Notes under the pieces: generated by a model | Told to the model about the DNA's origin: nothing | What the model saw: the letters and a program-made list of their open reading frames with translations, nothing else | Databases searched by the model: none | Source: an uncultured Pseudomonadota bacterium | GTDB taxonomy: Bacteria; Oederibacteriota; Muellerivitia; Muellerivitales; Muellerivitaceae | Direction of reading: 5' to 3' | Length of the DNA stretch: 64,000 nt | Assembly (NCBI GenBank): GCA_963843375.1 | Contig: CAWJKT010000010.1 | Location: 128,001 to 192,000, forward strand | Part shown: one piece after another, positions 60,349 through 64,000 of the stretch | Layout: each line of letters opens with the position of its first letter | Position numbering within the stretch: the stretch's first letter is position 1 | Translations under genes and position numbers: made by a program

Positions 60349-60819
60349 TTAGGCCAAATTATATTTTTTTAAAATCTCACGGGTAGAGGTAATGAGTGTT
60401 TTAAGCTCTAAAACTTTATCCGGTGAAGAAAAAAGGGACGAGGGGTGACCCGCAATCCTCTGGACGCTAGAAGAATGCTCTTCCGTGGAAAGTTCTATGG
60501 GTGAGACCGGTTGAATCGTTTCGGCTTGGATTGAACCTGCGCCCGTCGAAGCTTGGGGCGAGTCTAAGCCTTGTTTTTCTTCTAATTCTTCAAGCTTTTT
60601 GACGGCTCCGGCTATGGTGTATTGTTCATCATAAAGAAGCCGCTTGATTGTCAAAGCAATCTGCAAGTCCTTTTGACGATAGACCCTTTGACCCGTCACG
60701 GATTTTTGGGGATTAAGCTTTCGAAATTCAGTCTCCCAATACCTTAAAACATAAGGCTTCACATCTACGATTTGAGCGACTTCACCGATGGTATAAAATA
60801 ACTTATCTTCCTCGGTCAT
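60349..60819 (-). CDS. MerR-family regulator (ihfA-linked type)
   Basis: [25 protein letters not shown]...YTIAGA. Confidence 0.9.
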   Translation of the reverse strand: MTEEDKLFYTIGEVAQIVDVKPYVLRYWETEFRKLNPQKSVTGQRVYRQKDLQIALTIKRLLYDEQYTIAGAVKKLEELEEKQGLDSPQASTGAGSIQAETIQPVSPIELSTEEHSSSVQRIAGHPSSLFSSPDKVLELKTLITSTREILKKYNLA

Positions 60820-60852
60820 CCATTCCCCCAAAACCATTGAGAATAGTGAAAC

Positions 60853-61125
60853 TCAGTCTTTGAGCCTCTTTTTAAACAGAGGCCCCGGCTTAAAAAACAG
60901 CACCTTTCTCGCCGGCAAAGGTACCCTTTTTCCTGTCTTGGGATTGCGGGCCAATCGAGCGCGTCTTTGACGCCATTCCCACGTCCCCAATCCTACTATA
61001 GAAACTTTTTTCTCCTCCAGCAAGGCAGTCACAATCGAGTTAAAAAAAGACTCCACCGCCAATCCAGCTTGCCTTTCCGTTAGCCCTAGACGGGTAAGAC
61101 TTTTTATTAAATCTTTACGGGTCAA
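60853..61125 (-). CDS. HU/IHF family DNA-binding protein
   Basis: GLGTW..R.R.AR.ARNPKTG..FKPG. Confidence 0.88.
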   Translation of the reverse strand: MTRKDLIKSLTRLGLTERQAGLAVESFFNSIVTALLEEKKVSIVGLGTWEWRQRRARLARNPKTGKRVPLPARKVLFFKPGPLFKKRLKD

Positions 61126-61141
61126 AGAATTTCCTTAAGGG

Positions 61142-62146
61142 TCAACCCAAAGGTTCTTGTTCGGGTTTTGCCGAACGGGACAAAAGGGATTTAGCGGCTT
61201 CTATTGCGGATTTTCCCTGGAAAAGAACCTCGTAAACTTCCTGGGTGATGGGAACTTCCACCTTGAATTGTCTCGCCAGTTCCAAGGCCACATGGGAAGT
61301 TTTCATTCCTTCGGCTACCATGACCATCTCCTTTAAAGCCTGCTCCAAACTGGTTCCCTTTCCCATTTTCTCTCCTAAAAGCCGGTTGCGACTATGGCGA
61401 CTGGTGCAAGTGACAATCAAATCTCCCATTCCCGCTAACCCGGCAAAAGTTTGGGCTTGGGCACCCAAAACCACTCCAAGGCGTGTAATTTCATGGAGCC
61501 CCCGGGTCATGATGGCGGCTTTTGAATTATCTCCTAGGCCCAAGCCATCCGTAATGCCTGCGGCAATGGCGATGATGTTTTTTAACGATCCACCCAATTC
61601 CACACCCGTTACATCGGAGGAGGTATAAACCCGAAAATAATCGGAATGAAAAACCTCCTGAACTATTATAGAAAGATCAGGATTATTTGAAGCGGCCACC
61701 ACGGTTGTTGGCATTTTTCTTGAAACTTCTTCAGCGTGACTTGGCCCTGATAATACAGCAATTGATATATCTTTCCTCAAACTTTGCTTTAGCACCTCGC
61801 TCAGGCGCAAATTGGAATCTTCTTCCAACCCCTTGCTCACGCAAACCACCCAGCCACCTACCGGCCAATGCTGTGAAGCTTTAACTGCAGTGGATCGAAC
61901 CACATGGGAAGGCACCGCCACGACCACTCCTTCCCTTTGCGACAAAGCCTCTTCAATGTCCCCAAGAACTTGGATTTCTTTAGGAAGAAGAATCCCCGGT
62001 AGAAGTTTTTTGTTTTCTCTTTCCCGTTCCAGGAGGCTGGCTTTAACAGGGTCATGATCCCACAAGGTCACCTCGTGCCCCGCGCGTTTAAGATGTAAAC
62101 TTAAAGCAATTCCCCAACTTCCGGCCCCTAAAACACATAATTTCAT
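61142..62146 (-). CDS. gpsA: NAD(P)H-dependent glycerol-3-phosphate dehydrogenase
   Basis: GAGSWG, SGPSHAEEV, LKNIIAI, GDLIVTC.S.HSRN. Confidence 0.96.
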   Translation of the reverse strand: MKLCVLGAGSWGIALSLHLKRAGHEVTLWDHDPVKASLLERERENKKLLPGILLPKEIQVLGDIEEALSQREGVVVAVPSHVVRSTAVKASQHWPVGGWVVCVSKGLEEDSNLRLSEVLKQSLRKDISIAVLSGPSHAEEVSRKMPTTVVAASNNPDLSIIVQEVFHSDYFRVYTSSDVTGVELGGSLKNIIAIAAGITDGLGLGDNSKAAIMTRGLHEITRLGVVLGAQAQTFAGLAGMGDLIVTCTSRHSRNRLLGEKMGKGTSLEQALKEMVMVAEGMKTSHVALELARQFKVEVPITQEVYEVLFQGKSAIEAAKSLLSRSAKPEQEPLG

Positions 62147-62757
62147 GGTTTTTTCACCGATTTATTTTTCCCAATTTTACGTTCCGTGCCATTCATGATT
62201 CTTTTGATATTTTCCCTATGGGTCCACCAGATCATCCCTGCGGCGGCAAGGGATAAGCCTGAATACCAGGTAATTCCCTTGCAATGGTAAAAAGTAAGGG
62301 CCGCCATCGCCGTGACTCCCAAGAGACTCCCAACCGAAATCATCCGGGTTAAAAGTAGGGCCAGAACAAACAAACCGGTTCCCACAGCGCTTTCTATCGG
62401 CAGAAGACTAAAAAACACCCCCACACTCACCCCAATCCCTTTGCCCCCTTTAAATTTGAGAAAAACGGAAAAAACATTTCCCAGGAGAACCCCCAAACCT
62501 CCCAGGACGACCACCGGGTCGTTATCCGGGTTCAACCTTCGCGAAATCCAGACGGCCAAAACGGCTTTGCCAATATCCAAAAGCAACGTTGCTATTCCCC
62601 ACCCAGCCCCCGCCACTCTCCAAACGTTGGTCATTCCAATGTTTCCGCTACCCTCTTTTCTTACGTCAACCCCTTTGACCCATTTCACCAGCAAGAATCC
62701 AAAAGGAATCGAACCCAAAAGGTAGGCGACAAGAATGGCAGCCAAGGCGTTGAACAT
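62143..62757 (-). CDS. plsY: Glycerol-3-phosphate acyltransferase PlsY
   Basis: YLLGSIP, GSGNIGMTN, FKGGKG, HRENI. Confidence 0.95.
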   Translation of the reverse strand: MFNALAAILVAYLLGSIPFGFLLVKWVKGVDVRKEGSGNIGMTNVWRVAGAGWGIATLLLDIGKAVLAVWISRRLNPDNDPVVVLGGLGVLLGNVFSVFLKFKGGKGIGVSVGVFFSLLPIESAVGTGLFVLALLLTRMISVGSLLGVTAMAALTFYHCKGITWYSGLSLAAAGMIWWTHRENIKRIMNGTERKIGKNKSVKKP

Positions 62758-62768
62758 AAATCTCCTGA

Positions 62769-64000
62769 TTACGCTTCTTTATTGGGCTGGGGGGCTCTGT
62801 AGCGATGCTTCGTGGGATTAAAGTTTCGCTTAAAAGTTTTCTTTTTATGTTCATGTGTATCAGCTTTTTCTTTTAGGACAACCTGCATGGGGGTAGATTC
62901 CATCTCAAAAGCCTTTCGAAGTTCCGCTTCCAAATAACGCATGTAAGCCGGCGAGGCGCTGGCAGCCTGGTTGACCATGATCTCAAAGGCAGGGGGATGG
63001 CCAACCCTTTGGTAACCGTAGAGTATTTTAATTTGGTTTCCCTTTCGAAAAGGAGGCGATTGTTGGGAAACTGCTTCTTGAAGAGCAAGATTTACCTTGC
63101 GGGTTGGTATTTTTTTGAGGCTTTCCTCGTAGACGGCATAAGCCGTTGAAAGGACCCGATCCAGATTTTGCCCGGTTTTAGCTGAAATAAACAAAACAGG
63201 GGCAAATTGAATGTGCCTCAGTTCCCTTTTGGTAATCCTCTCCGCACGAGCCTGTTCGGCGGCCAAAGGATGGATATCCCACTTGTTAATCAGAATGACG
63301 ACAGGTCTGAAAGCCTCACCAATGATCCGGCTGATTGTCACATCTTGGTGGGTAATCCCTTTTTCACCATCCAAAAGCAGAAAGGCCACTTGGCAGGTTT
63401 GAAGTTCGTAAAGAGCCTGTTCCACGCTTAAATGCTCAATGCGGCTGTCTTGCTGTTTGGATTGACGTATTCCAGCCGTATCCACCATGACCAATGGTTC
63501 TTCCTGGGTCTCAATAATAACGGGGATGGCATCATGGGTGGTTCCGGGCAAATCGTCGACCAAAAGGCCTTTCTTACCCGATATGGCGTTCACCAGCGAA
63601 GATTTTCCAACGTTAGGCTTGCCCAATATAGCGATTCGAAGGGGCCGAGGTTTTTCGGCTTCGGGCCCCGTTTTTTTGGTCGACATTTTCTCCAGGGCCG
63701 CCGTCAAGGAGTCCAGAAAGTCATCCAAACCAATACCATGCATAGCTGAAACCGGAAAGCTTTGTTCAAAGCCAAGTCTCACGAAATCGGCGGCGGTTTC
63801 GGACTGTTTTTCGTGTTGGTCGGCCTTATTGACCACCAACCAGGTGGGAATCCCGTATTTTCGAATGGATCGGGCAATCAATTGATCGGCCGGAGTGATT
63901 CCTTCCAACCCATCCGCCACCATAACCAATGCTGATACTGTTTTTATTTTGGCTTCCAACATGGCCCCGACTTTCATCGCGATCGTTTCCTTTTCGCCCG
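62769..64000 (-). CDS. der: Ribosome biogenesis GTPase Der (5' end outside the window)
   Basis: NKAD, SAMHG, GKPNVGKSS, DTAG, NKWD, KH-like tail; der-plsY-gpsA order. Confidence 0.93.
   Translation of the reverse strand, partial: GEKETIAMKVGAMLEAKIKTVSALVMVADGLEGITPADQLIARSIRKYGIPTWLVVNKADQHEKQSETAADFVRLGFEQSFPVSAMHGIGLDDFLDSLTAALEKMSTKKTGPEAEKPRPLRIAILGKPNVGKSSLVNAISGKKGLLVDDLPGTTHDAIPVIIETQEEPLVMVDTAGIRQSKQQDSRIEHLSVEQALYELQTCQVAFLLLDGEKGITHQDVTISRIIGEAFRPVVILINKWDIHPLAAEQARAERITKRELRHIQFAPVLFISAKTGQNLDRVLSTAYAVYEESLKKIPTRKVNLALQEAVSQQSPPFRKGNQIKILYGYQRVGHPPAFEIMVNQAASASPAYMRYLEAELRKAFEMESTPMQVVLKEKADTHEHKKKTFKRNFNPTKHRYRAPQPNKEA

Overview
Chromosomal segment of a diderm bacterium (lptE, Omp85 barrel, lipoproteins). 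Most of it is housekeeping: xseB-ispA-DUF212-dxs, a fused indolepyruvate-type 2-oxoacid:ferredoxin oxidoreductase, recN, leuS-lptE-holA/rpsT/murJ, mutL-miaA, and a minus-strand block der-plsY-gpsA-HU/IHF-merR-2x tRNA-Pro-acyP-sigma70-apt-tRNA-Arg. Two things stand out. (1) An accessory block (~12.8-16.7 kb) of short co-oriented genes (VOC, CPBP protease, membrane remnant, Phd-PIN and MNT-HEPN toxin-antitoxin pairs) in which five consecutive units are each followed by a copy of a ~28-30 bp GC-rich palindrome (consensus TGTCCACGACGGGGACCCGTCGTGGACA). It is laid out like a cassette array but lacks integron attC cores. (2) A solitary Xer-type tyrosine recombinase whose probable start codon lies inside a perfectly symmetric 11-6-11 dif-like site, ~2.7 kb from where gene orientation flips. 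Also present: a candidate metal-responsive leader/outer-membrane/metal-binding trio, a kinase-NHL plus FHA-GAF-adenylate cyclase pair, and a peptidase-propeller-FN3-Omp85 gene. The frameshifts in leuS and at 47.7-51.7 kb look like sequencing errors. No CRISPR array, rRNA or transposase was seen. All protein calls come from motif recognition by eye, not database searches.
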